Shown: positions 1-8,703 of the stretch, in pieces
How positions within the stretch are numbered: the stretch's first letter is position 1
Layout of the letters: the number at the start of each line of letters is the position of its first letter
Source of the DNA: an uncultured Bacilli bacterium
Lineage (GTDB): Bacteria; Bacillota_I; Bacilli_A; RF39; UBA660
Assembly: GCA_944368875.1 (NCBI GenBank)
Contig: CALVXF010000009.1
Span: 1-34,414, forward strand
Direction of reading: 5' to 3'
Length of the DNA stretch: 34,414 nt
Position numbers and translations under genes: made by a program
Notes under the pieces: generated by a model
The model's input: only the letters and a program-made list of their open reading frames with translations
Database searches by the model: none
What the model was told of the DNA's origin: nothing

Positions 1-501
1 TGCTCCTGTGTAGATATATTCATTACCTTCTTCTTTATAACATTCTGTTGTTTTATCTGTTGTACATAAGTTTTCTTCTATTTTTGGAAGTAATGGATCT
101 CCTGCTATCTCACTACTACTTACTTTAGCTAGACATTCTTCTTTTGTTAATTCCTCTACTTTTACTTCAGTTGTTCCGGCTAGAACATAGTAACACTTAT
201 CGTTTTCGTAGACTGCTACACTGGCTTCTGTATCTTCATTTACTGTTATTGCTAGATCTTGATATTGTTTGCCACTATATTTATAATCTGCCAGATTAAA
301 GACATAACTAGGATCTAGTGTTTGTTCTGACATTGTAAATGTTTCAGCACCTCTTTTTAACTGTTCAACATTTCTTTTGGTTGTTTGTTCGCTTACTTCG
401 TTTATTATGCCCATGATGATTGGGGTTGCGATTAAGGCAATAATCGCTAGAACTACTATCATCGCTAGTAATTCGATTAGTGTGAATGCTTTTTGTTTCA
501 T
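1..501 (-). CDS. Type IV prepilin-like N-terminal cleavage/methylation domain surface protein (3' end runs off the window)
   Basis: Not in the ORF track. ATG at 501 with AGGAGA RBS; reads MKQKA/FTLIELLAMIVVLAIIALIATPIIMGII... (F+1, E+5, hydrophobic helix) and stays open for 167 codons to position 1 (...EGNEYIYTGA). Confidence 0.9.
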   Translation of the reverse strand, partial: MKQKAFTLIELLAMIVVLAIIALIATPIIMGIINEVSEQTTKRNVEQLKRGAETFTMSEQTLDPSYVFNLADYKYSGKQYQDLAITVNEDTEASVAVYENDKCYYVLAGTTEVKVEELTKEECLAKVSSSEIAGDPLLPKIEENLCTTDKTTECYKEEGNEYIYTGA

Positions 502-523
502 AATCTTCTCCTATTCTTTTGTC

Positions 524-553
524 ATTATAGCACAACATTTTAAATAGCGTCAA
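524..553 (-). promoter_or_regulatory. Sigma-A-type promoter for the pilin-like gene
   Basis: Minus strand TTGACG (553-548), N18, TATAAT (529-524), with a TGn extension. Confidence 0.65.
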
Positions 554-580
554 TATTTTAAACTATGACGAAACATATTT

Positions 581-826
581 CTAAAACATCTTATCGACAT
601 CTTTAGGAACATTATCATTAATAACTGCATTTATTATTTTGTCTTCTTTTTCTTTAGTAACTTTTTTACCTGTCATATTACTCAATTCTTTAATCACTTC
701 ACGCAAAGTTCCCTCATTTTTTAAATCATTTTCCTGTAATTTTTTAGCTAGATTAAGAATTGTCTGTTTATCAACACGGGTCTTTTTTTCTATTTTCTTA
801 AAAAAGCCATCTGAAAAATTAGTCAT
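581..826 (-). CDS. spoVIF: Stage VI sporulation protein F
   Basis: 81 aa; FFKKIEKKT..VD..TILNLA..LQ..DLKNE.TLREVI..LS.MTGKKVTKEKEDKII.A matches the SpoVIF pattern; AGGAGG RBS. Confidence 0.88.
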   Translation of the reverse strand: MTNFSDGFFKKIEKKTRVDKQTILNLAKKLQENDLKNEGTLREVIKELSNMTGKKVTKEKEDKIINAVINDNVPKDVDKMF

Positions 827-859
827 AAAAAACCTCCTACATTAATATATGTAAGAGGT
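827..859 (-). terminator. Intrinsic terminator after der, overlapping the spoVIF RBS
   Basis: Minus strand ACCTCTTACAT-atatta-ATGTAGGAGGT (11-bp stem, one G-U) followed by TTTTT. Confidence 0.65.
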
Positions 860-869
860 AAATTTAGGT
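844..869 (-). promoter_or_regulatory. Sigma-K/sigma-E-type mother-cell promoter for spoVIF
   Basis: AC (869-868)-N16-CATATATT (851-844) fits the sigma-K consensus AC-N16-CATAnnnT. Confidence 0.55.
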
Positions 870-2191
870 TATAAATTCTCTTCTCCTTTGTTTTTAAATT
901 GTAAAACAATAGGTGTTCCCGAAAAATCAATTGCTTCACGAATTTTGTTTTCTAAATAGCGTTCATAAGAAAAATGAACTAAACCTTTACTATTAACTTG
1001 AATATTAAATGTTGGTGGATTTACACCTGCTTGACTTGTAAAGTAAATTTTTAAACGTTTGTTTTTATAAGATGGTGGTAAATTTAAATGATAAGCACTA
1101 TTTACAATATCATTAATAATACTAGTTTTAACTTCACGATGAGCATTTTCATAAGCTTTTATAACTTCTGGCATTAAAGTATGAATTCTTTTGGTAGTTA
1201 AAGCTGATAGGAAAACTACTTTAGCATAACGCATAAATTGAAAATGGGCATCAATATCTTTTTTCCATTTTTTCATAGCTTCATCTTTATCTTCAATTAA
1301 ATCCCATTTATTGACAACTAAGACAACTGCTTTACCAGCTTCAATCGCATAACCAGCAATATGTTTATCATGCTCAATAATGCCTTCTTGGGCATTAATA
1401 ACAATAACACATACATTACTTCGATCAATTGCTTTAAGACTGCGAAGCAAACTATATTTTTCGATTGTTTCGTAAACTTTACCTTTCTTTCGCATGCCGG
1501 CTGTATCGATTACTACGCACTTTTGATTGTGATAAACAAACTCTGTATCAATTGCGTCTCTAGTAGTTCCGGCAACTTCACTAACAATAACACGTTCATC
1601 ACCAATTAAAGCATTAACTAAACTACTTTTCCCAACATTAGGTCTACCTATAATACAAAATCTAACAACATCATCATCCACTAATTCATCAGAAAATTTA
1701 GGAAATTCTTTTGTAATCATCTCTAATAGATCATAAATTCCTTCATTTTGTTCACCACTAACACGCATATAATTATCAAAACCTAATTCATAAAAATCAT
1801 ATTCGTGATCACGACTAGATTTGCTATCGATTTTATTAATAACGACAATGACATCTTTATTTGCTTTCAAAAGCATATCACGGACAAGATAATCATTACT
1901 AGTTAAACCACTAGCACCATCGACAACAAATAAAACGATATCAGCTTCATCTATGGCTAAAAGAACTTGTATTTTAATATCATCATTAAACTTCTCTTCA
2001 CCACCATCAATACCACCTGTATCAATCAAATGAAATTGATAATCATTAAACTTAACAGTTCCATATATACGATCTCTAGTAACTCCTGGGACATCTTCAA
2101 TAATAGATATTTTCTTACCAACTAAACGATTAAAAATTGTGCTTTTCCCAACATTAGGTGAACCCACTAAAGCTACGACTGGTTTTTTCAT
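869..2191 (-). CDS. der: Ribosome biogenesis GTPase Der/EngA
   Basis: Two G domains (GSPNVGKS..DTGG..NKID; GRPNVGKS..DTAG..NKWD) plus C-terminal KH-like domain; ATG at 2191 preferred over GTG at 2200. Confidence 0.98.
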   Translation of the reverse strand: MKKPVVALVGSPNVGKSTIFNRLVGKKISIIEDVPGVTRDRIYGTVKFNDYQFHLIDTGGIDGGEEKFNDDIKIQVLLAIDEADIVLFVVDGASGLTSNDYLVRDMLLKANKDVIVVINKIDSKSSRDHEYDFYELGFDNYMRVSGEQNEGIYDLLEMITKEFPKFSDELVDDDVVRFCIIGRPNVGKSSLVNALIGDERVIVSEVAGTTRDAIDTEFVYHNQKCVVIDTAGMRKKGKVYETIEKYSLLRSLKAIDRSNVCVIVINAQEGIIEHDKHIAGYAIEAGKAVVLVVNKWDLIEDKDEAMKKWKKDIDAHFQFMRYAKVVFLSALTTKRIHTLMPEVIKAYENAHREVKTSIINDIVNSAYHLNLPPSYKNKRLKIYFTSQAGVNPPTFNIQVNSKGLVHFSYERYLENKIREAIDFSGTPIVLQFKNKGEENL

Positions 2192-2205
2192 AACTACCAC
2201 ATCCT

Positions 2206-2664
2206 TTAAATTAATTTTTTACCATATTTTTTAATTTGTTCAACATCTTTATAAACTACTTCGACAACTTCTATTAAATGGAGAAATTCTTTAGAACTGA
2301 GTTCTTTAGTTAAATCCAAGTAATAACAATTTTTATAGTAATAAATATTACCTAAATTTTGAAAATCATAATCTTCCATTTTATATAAAAAATTCTCTTC
2401 TTGTAAAGTTATTTTCATATCTATACTATTAAACATAGGTTCAAATAAAGTATCTTCTTTATAAATATCTAAAATAACACCATAACGATTATCTTTATAT
2501 GCATAGACATCATAAAAGCCTTTAATTTCAATATCATAATAAGTTTTTAAACGATTAAATACTTTCTTTAAATATTCTTCTATCTCCGTTTTAGAATCAA
2601 TATTAAAATCACATTTGCCTAAAAAAACCTCAATATTAAAATTATCATTTCTTATAACCTTCAT
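2206..2664 (-). CDS. Putative MecA/YpbH-family ClpC adaptor (divergent, short)
   Basis: Pattern resembles YpbH/MecB by eye: I.VFL, GFYDVYAY....GVILDIYKE, IDMKI, GNIYYYKNCYYL, IKKYGKKLI. ypbH also lies a few genes upstream of der in B. subtilis. ATG 2664 with GGGTGA RBS. Confidence 0.5.
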   Translation of the reverse strand: MKVIRNDNFNIEVFLGKCDFNIDSKTEIEEYLKKVFNRLKTYYDIEIKGFYDVYAYKDNRYGVILDIYKEDTLFEPMFNSIDMKITLQEENFLYKMEDYDFQNLGNIYYYKNCYYLDLTKELSSKEFLHLIEVVEVVYKDVEQIKKYGKKLI

Positions 2665-2714
2665 GGCCTTCACCCTATGTTATCTTATGAAGTAAATTTT
2701 AATATGAGATTAAA

Positions 2715-3296
2715 TCAGCAAATTCTTTCGATTTTTTTTAATATTTCATCTTTACCCATCTTGGTAATATTACTAAAAACAACAAAATCATTACCAAGCA
2801 CTAATTCTAATTCATCTAAAATAGCATTGCGATTTTTATTGTGCAGTGGTTTACCAACTTTATCAGCTTTAGTAGCCACAATAGTAACTGGAATATTATA
2901 ATGTTTTAAATATTCGTACATCATAATATCATCACTAGTCGGTTTGTGACGAAAATCAATTAACATAAATACTTGTTTTAATTGTTCTCTTGAAGCCATA
3001 TAGTCTTCCATCATAAGACCAAATTTCTTCTTCTTTGCTTTACTTAAATTCGCAAAACCATAACCTGGTGCATCAACTAAATAAAAACTATCATTAACTA
3101 AATAGAAATTAATTGTTTGCGTTTTACCTGGATTACTAGATGTTCTAGCAAAGTTTTTGCGTCCAATTAAAGTATTTATAAAACTACTTTTGCCAACATT
3201 AGAACGTCCAACTAATAAAAATTCTGGTTTATTATCAGTAGGATATTGGCTTCTCCTAACAGCAGTAACCGCTAATTCCACACTATTTATTTTCAT
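2715..3296 (-). CDS. engB: Ribosome biogenesis GTPase YsxC/EngB/YihA
   Basis: GRSNVGKSS, PGKTQ, DAPGYG, TKADK motifs; real start MKINSVE at 3296 (the ORF-track extension overlaps recU). Confidence 0.97.
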   Translation of the reverse strand: MKINSVELAVTAVRRSQYPTDNKPEFLLVGRSNVGKSSFINTLIGRKNFARTSSNPGKTQTINFYLVNDSFYLVDAPGYGFANLSKAKKKKFGLMMEDYMASREQLKQVFMLIDFRHKPTSDDIMMYEYLKHYNIPVTIVATKADKVGKPLHNKNRNAILDELELVLGNDFVVFSNITKMGKDEILKKIERIC

Positions 3297-3319
3297 AATA
3301 TCACCCGTTTTGTATATCA

Positions 3320-3371
3320 AGTATAACACTACCAAGTAATATTTGTCAAAAAAAACAAAGTATAGTATAAT
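3320..3371. promoter_or_regulatory. Divergent sigma-A promoters for recU-ponA (+) and engB (-) with overlapping -35 boxes
   Basis: Plus: TTGTCA (3343-3348)-N17-TATAAT (3366-3371). Minus: TTGACA (3349-3344)-N18-TATACT (3325-3320) with TGn. Confidence 0.7.
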
Positions 3372-3387
3372 TATATATGGTGGTTTT

Positions 3388-3969
3388 ATGAAATATCCGC
3401 TTGGTGTTGGTCTTGGTATCGCCAAATACAAAAAAAACATTATATACGCTAATAGAGGAATGGGTCTAGAAGAAGATATTAATGCCACAAATGAATATTA
3501 TCGCATTAATAACAAAGCCATTATTTATAAAAAACCCACTCCTATTATTGTCAACCGTGTTGACTATAAAACACGTCAAGATGCCGTTATAACTGAAGCT
3601 CATTATCGTATTCCTTCAACAACTGATTATAATGGTGTTTATAAAGGTTACTATATTGATTTTGAAGCCAAGGAAACAAAAAATGTAAAATATTTTCCCA
3701 TTAATAACATTCATAACCATCAAATAAAACATTTAGAAAATATAACTAATCATGGTGGGATTGGGTTTATCATTGTTCGCTTTACGAAGTTAGATGAAAC
3801 TTATTTGCTACCTTATAATAAATTAGAACAATTCATAAACGAGAATAAACGAAAAACTATTCCTATCGCTTATTTTCAAACACATGCTTATAAAATAAAA
3901 GATAAATATAATCCACGCGTAGATTATCTTTCTATTGTGGATAAAATTTTAGAAGGGTTGATAAAATGA
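3388..3969 (+). CDS. recU: Holliday junction resolvase RecU
   Basis: MKYP start, NRGMxLE, KKPTP, STTDYNGVYKGYYIDFEAKET, HQ motifs; overlaps the ponA start as in the conserved recU-ponA operon. Confidence 0.97.
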   Translation: MKYPLGVGLGIAKYKKNIIYANRGMGLEEDINATNEYYRINNKAIIYKKPTPIIVNRVDYKTRQDAVITEAHYRIPSTTDYNGVYKGYYIDFEAKETKNVKYFPINNIHNHQIKHLENITNHGGIGFIIVRFTKLDETYLLPYNKLEQFINENKRKTIPIAYFQTHAYKIKDKYNPRVDYLSIVDKILEGLIK

Positions 3970-6869
3970 AAAAAAGAGTAAGTAGAAAGAAAAAAATTAA
4001 TGTGGGTGATTTTTTTAAAGAAAATCCTGGAATTATTGTCGTAGGTATTATTGCCTTAATAATTTTTATATTTTTAGCTAGAATAATCTCACCTTTAATT
4101 GGTTTTATTGTAGCTTTCGTATTATTTTTTATCTATTGTCTTCCTAGTCTTTATCGTTTAATTACTCATAAACCAAAGAAAAAAAGAACAAAAGCTCAAA
4201 AACGTCTTTTTTGGCAAAGAGTTCTAATTGGCTTTTTTAGTTTTTGTATTGTTGGCTTTGTTGCCGTTATTGTCTTTTTTGCAATGATTGTTAAAAATGC
4301 CCCTGATTTTGATCCTGAATTATTATATAAATCTGATGCTACAGTACTATATAGTAGTGATGGCACAATTTTTGCTAAACTAGGATTACAAAATCGTGAA
4401 ACTATTGCTTATGAAGATATGAGTGAAAGTTTAATAAATGCTATTATCGCTACTGAAGATGCTAGATTTTTCCAACATAATGGATTTGATGCTGCGCGTT
4501 TCTTAGTAGCTAGTATTAAACAATTACTTGGTAATAGTGATGCTGGTGGTGCTAGTACCTTAACAATGCAAGTTGTTAAAAATACTTATACTTCTACTGT
4601 TGATACAGGTTGGGAAGGAATTGTTCGTAAATTTACCGATATATATATGTCAATTTTTAAAGTTGAACAAAGTTATACCAAAGAAGAAATTATTGAATTT
4701 TACGCCAATAGTTACTACTTAGGTGGTGGAGCTTATGGTGTTGAACAAGCTAGTCAAACTTATTTTAATAAAAGTGCTAGTGAATTATCAATTCCAGAAG
4801 CCGCTTTAATAGCAGGTCTATTTAATGCTCCTTCATATCTAGATCCTTATAATTATCCTGAACGTGCTGAAAATCGTCGTCAAACTGTTTTATATCTTCT
4901 TAAACGTCATGGTTATATTACTGATGAAGAGTATGAAATAGCTTTAGATATTACTGTTGAAGATATGCTAGTTCCTAAAACTAGTGAAAATGAATATCAA
5001 GGATTAATTAATACTGTTGTATCAGAAATCAATAAGAAATTTGGCCAAAATGTTGATCCATATTCGACACCTATGGAAATATACACAACTTTTGATTTAG
5101 AAAAACAAGACTATATAGATCAAGTCATGAGTGGTGAAACATGGGATTGGGAAAATGATGTTGTGCAAGCAGGTATTATGGTTTTAGATACACAAACTGG
5201 CGCTATGGTGGCTGTTGGAGCAGGTCGTAATGAATCTATGTACAATGCTAAATCACAAAACTTTGCGATAGATACAATTAAACAAATCGGGTCAACTGCT
5301 AAACCTTTATATGATTATGCCCCAGCGATTGAATATGAAAACTGGTCACCAGCTACACCTATTGTAGATGAAGAATATACATATTCTGATGGCACTAAAA
5401 TAAATAATGCCGATAGAACATATATGGGGCTTATTACCGCTAGAACGGCTCTAGCTCATTCACGTAATATTCCAGCTTTAAAAACGTTTCAATCTGTAAA
5501 TAACAAAGATATATATGAATTTGTAACAAAATTAGGATTAAGTCCTGAAGTATCAAATAACAAAATCCATGAAGCTCATGCAATTGGAGGATATACTGGT
5601 GAATCACCTATGACTCTTGCTACTGCTTATGCTGCTTTTGGTAATGGTGGATACTATAATGAACCATATTGTGTAACTAAAGTTGTATATCGTAATACTG
5701 ATGAAACATGGGAATATAAAGCTAAACCTACGCGTGCTATGAGCGAAGAGACAGCTTATATTATGTATGACATGTTAATTGATAGTGGTAAAACCGGAAT
5801 GGGTCGTTACTATAACATTAATGGTGTTACTTATGGAGCCAAAACTGGTACTACAAATTATGATTCTGCCACAATAGCAGCTCATCCAAATTGGCCAAGT
5901 AACCCAATCAATGACTCTTGGTTAGCTGCAGTAAACTCTCAATATACAGTTGGTTTGTGGTACGGATACGATAAAATTTATGACGACTATGTCAACACTT
6001 ATGGAAAAATTATGAATGTTAAATTATTCAATGCTGTTGCTAAAGGTATTTATACTGAAAAGACAAGTATTGAAAAACCTGATGATGTTATTGAAGTGGA
6101 AATTGAAAAAGAGACTTACCCAATTAAATTAGCTAGTGAAAATACACCAAGTAACTTACGCAGTACCGAATTATTTAAAACAGGTACTGAACCTACGGAA
6201 GTATCTGAAAGATTTGCTGATTTAGATAATCCAACTAATTTAAAAACTACTTATGAAGATGGTAAAATAACCATTAGTTGGGAACCTATTGATACACCTT
6301 ATAGTTTAAGTACTGATGCAATTAATGAACTAGCAAACTCACTATACACAAGTAGTTCTTACAAAAATAGTTTTATTCAAAATCGTAATAACTACAATAA
6401 AAATTATATGGGGACAGTTGGTTATAATGTCTACACTGAAATTGATGGTAGTTTAACTTTAATTGGTTTTACAACTAATACTTCTATTAACTACAATGTA
6501 ACTTCTACTGATGAAAATATTAATTTTGTCATCAAAGCTACATATTCTATTTTCAAAAGAGCTGAAAGTTCAGGAGCACAAGTTACACATACATTTAATG
6601 GCGAAAGTGCGATTATACAATCTAGATTAAATGGTGAATCAGAAATTACCCTAGCTGTTGGTGATAGTTTTGTAGATAAAGGTGTTAAAGTATTAGAAAA
6701 CAATCAAGATATAACTGATAAAGTTTCTATTAAAAAAACAATTTATAATAGTAATAATCAAGTAATAAGTGCTATTACAACGGATAAAGCTGACACTTTC
6801 ACTATTACTTATAGCATTTCATATGAATCTTATCGAGCAAACTTAACACGCAAAATTACTGTTAAATAA
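3966..6869 (+). CDS. ponA: Class A penicillin-binding protein (transglycosylase/transpeptidase) with C-terminal FN3-like and Ig-like domains
   Basis: GT51 motifs EDARFFQHNG and GASTLTMQVVK; transpeptidase motifs STAK, SRN, KTG; follows recU. Confidence 0.93.
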   Translation: MKKRVSRKKKINVGDFFKENPGIIVVGIIALIIFIFLARIISPLIGFIVAFVLFFIYCLPSLYRLITHKPKKKRTKAQKRLFWQRVLIGFFSFCIVGFVAVIVFFAMIVKNAPDFDPELLYKSDATVLYSSDGTIFAKLGLQNRETIAYEDMSESLINAIIATEDARFFQHNGFDAARFLVASIKQLLGNSDAGGASTLTMQVVKNTYTSTVDTGWEGIVRKFTDIYMSIFKVEQSYTKEEIIEFYANSYYLGGGAYGVEQASQTYFNKSASELSIPEAALIAGLFNAPSYLDPYNYPERAENRRQTVLYLLKRHGYITDEEYEIALDITVEDMLVPKTSENEYQGLINTVVSEINKKFGQNVDPYSTPMEIYTTFDLEKQDYIDQVMSGETWDWENDVVQAGIMVLDTQTGAMVAVGAGRNESMYNAKSQNFAIDTIKQIGSTAKPLYDYAPAIEYENWSPATPIVDEEYTYSDGTKINNADRTYMGLITARTALAHSRNIPALKTFQSVNNKDIYEFVTKLGLSPEVSNNKIHEAHAIGGYTGESPMTLATAYAAFGNGGYYNEPYCVTKVVYRNTDETWEYKAKPTRAMSEETAYIMYDMLIDSGKTGMGRYYNINGVTYGAKTGTTNYDSATIAAHPNWPSNPINDSWLAAVNSQYTVGLWYGYDKIYDDYVNTYGKIMNVKLFNAVAKGIYTEKTSIEKPDDVIEVEIEKETYPIKLASENTPSNLRSTELFKTGTEPTEVSERFADLDNPTNLKTTYEDGKITISWEPIDTPYSLSTDAINELANSLYTSSSYKNSFIQNRNNYNKNYMGTVGYNVYTEIDGSLTLIGFTTNTSINYNVTSTDENINFVIKATYSIFKRAESSGAQVTHTFNGESAIIQSRLNGESEITLAVGDSFVDKGVKVLENNQDITDKVSIKKTIYNSNNQVISAITTDKADTFTITYSISYESYRANLTRKITVK

Positions 6870-6895
6870 AAATGGAAGATTAACTCTTCCATTTT
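6869..6895. terminator. Bidirectional terminator between convergent ponA and divIC
   Basis: AAAATGGAAGA-ttaac-TCTTCCATTTT inverted repeat. Confidence 0.75.
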
Positions 6896-7293
6896 ATTTT
6901 TAAAATAATATAACCTACAATCAAAGAACCACTAATTGAAGCCAAAGCTATCAAAGGCCAATTACTTCTTTTACTATTAATAGATATTTCATCTTCTTCA
7001 CTAGGATCTAACTTGATTATATATTCACCATCTTTAGAATATAAATAGTTTTCTCTAGCATATCGCGCAATGTATTCTGGATCTTGTAACATATCTATTT
7101 CTGTTTTCAATTTTTCTTCCTCTTCTTCTAAAGAAGCAATTTTACTAATTAATTCCTGTTCCTCATTTTTTAAACTAATAAGTTTATAACTATAAGCGAT
7201 AACAACATAGAAAAAGTAACCAATCATAATAACTGATAATGTTCCAAAAACAAGTAGTCTACGTCTAGAGCGATTAAAACTTTTCTTCTTCAA
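6880..7293 (-). CDS. divIC: Septum formation initiator FtsB/DivIC family protein with an extra C-terminal hydrophobic segment
   Basis: Basic N-terminus, TM helix, coiled coil, LQDPEYIARYARENYLYSKDGE motif; likely TTG start at 7293 with AGGTGA RBS; near yabPQ as in B. subtilis. Confidence 0.8.
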   Translation of the reverse strand: MKKKSFNRSRRRLLVFGTLSVIMIGYFFYVVIAYSYKLISLKNEEQELISKIASLEEEEEKLKTEIDMLQDPEYIARYARENYLYSKDGEYIIKLDPSEEDEISINSKRSNWPLIALASISGSLIVGYIILKIKWKS

Positions 7294-7362
7294 ATTATCA
7301 CCTATCCAGTCTAAAAGATAGTATATCATTTTTAAAAATTTTTTTCAATATAGCAAATAATT

Positions 7363-7386
7363 AAAAAAAGGTAATAAATATTACCT
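7363..7386 (-). terminator. Intrinsic terminator after the deacetylase gene
   Basis: AGGTAATA-aa-TATTACCT inverted repeat with a T-run on the minus strand. Confidence 0.55.
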
Positions 7387-8650
7387 AATTAACCATATTT
7401 TTAAATTGACTCATTGTTGTTGTATTGTAAATAGGATAGCGTGGTATTTTATACTTATCACTATTTCGACTGGCTTTTTTATTACCACCAATAAAAGCCA
7501 GTTTAAATCCTACATCTTTAACAGCTTGCATTGCTGTATTATTATAATAATAGAATGGAAAACAAAAAGCTGTGTTAGATTGAAGAACATTAATCGAAGC
7601 TTTTAAATCTTTTACTACCTCATCATAACTACTACATAGCATTTTGGCACCTCTAGGTTGATTACTACAAACACCATCTATATGCATATCATAAGTATGA
7701 GATTGTATATCTAAATAATCTGAGGCATAATTGTAAGAATTCCACCAAGAAGATATCAAAAATAGCGTTGCGTGCATTTGATACTCTTCAAGAATTGGAA
7801 TAAGTTTATTACCATTATCTTTTCCTGTACCCATCGCACCATCATCAATAGTTATAAGAACAGATTTCTTTGGTAATTCAATTTCTCCATACATCCATGC
7901 TCTAAATTCTTCAATTGTTAAAGTTTTAAAATTATTTTCTTTTAAATAATTCAGCTGCTCTTTAAATTTTTTGACATCTAAACAAATGGATTGAGAGCAC
8001 TTTTCTCCTTTAGTTGAATCATAAAAGAAATGATAATTTAATACTGCAATTTTAGGTTCACTAGTAACTACAATTTTTTTACGATAGACAACTTGACGTG
8101 AAATAGAGTTTTCATTACCACTACTATCTTTCACTTTGTATATAACTTCATAAGTACCTTGTTTGTTAATATCGATGTTATTCGTTATTTCAATCTTGGA
8201 ATTTAAATCACTATCATAATTATCTGTCACTACTACTCCTGGATCTTTAAATTCTTCCCCCAAATAAAAATAAATCACGTTATTTCCATTCAAAGTTATA
8301 GTTGGTGGAGTTTTATCAACAACATTGATTTTTCTAATAACTTTCTTAATAAGATTACGATACTTTATAGTATATTCTACATTATAAGAACCAATTTTAT
8401 CATCGCGAATATTATTTTCTATCAAAACTTTATCACTAATATCATTCCCTTTATAAATAGCTTTAGCTCCTAATTCTTCATATTTACTTCCGATTTCAAG
8501 TTCTATGTTACTACCGATTAATTCTATAGATAAATAATTGCTAAAGCCATGGATTTTTTCAAAAAGAAAATAAGAAAAGATACCTGCTAGTAAAATAAAA
8601 ACACAAATAAATAAACTAATAACAACTTTTCTTTTAACACTTTTATTCAT
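7385..8650 (-). CDS. Membrane-anchored CE4 polysaccharide deacetylase with two Ig-like (DUF5011-type) domains
   Basis: N-terminal TM; repeats with D.T.P.ITL.G and G.Y.V.Y; CE4 motifs VLNYH, ITIDDG, QSHTYDMH, FCFPF, IPRY. Confidence 0.85.
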   Translation of the reverse strand: MNKSVKRKVVISLFICVFILLAGIFSYFLFEKIHGFSNYLSIELIGSNIELEIGSKYEELGAKAIYKGNDISDKVLIENNIRDDKIGSYNVEYTIKYRNLIKKVIRKINVVDKTPPTITLNGNNVIYFYLGEEFKDPGVVVTDNYDSDLNSKIEITNNIDINKQGTYEVIYKVKDSSGNENSISRQVVYRKKIVVTSEPKIAVLNYHFFYDSTKGEKCSQSICLDVKKFKEQLNYLKENNFKTLTIEEFRAWMYGEIELPKKSVLITIDDGAMGTGKDNGNKLIPILEEYQMHATLFLISSWWNSYNYASDYLDIQSHTYDMHIDGVCSNQPRGAKMLCSSYDEVVKDLKASINVLQSNTAFCFPFYYYNNTAMQAVKDVGFKLAFIGGNKKASRNSDKYKIPRYPIYNTTTMSQFKNMVN

Positions 8651-8703
8651 ACCATCACCAATACTCATTATACTATATTTATAAATATTTTAAAATAAAT
8701 ATA

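Noticed and set aside
365-553. 62-aa minus-strand ORF in the track
   Set aside because: Out-of-frame shadow of the pilin-like gene; its TTG start is the promoter -35.
832-859. Resemblance to the Bacillus dif site (ACTTCCTAGAA-N6-TTATGTAAACT)
   Set aside because: Right arm aligns only with a 4-nt spacer, gene orientation does not switch here, and the terminator/RBS reading explains the sequence.
3297-3488. N-terminal extensions of engB and recU in the ORF track
   Set aside because: They overlap each other and the promoters; homology-consistent starts are 3296 and 3388.
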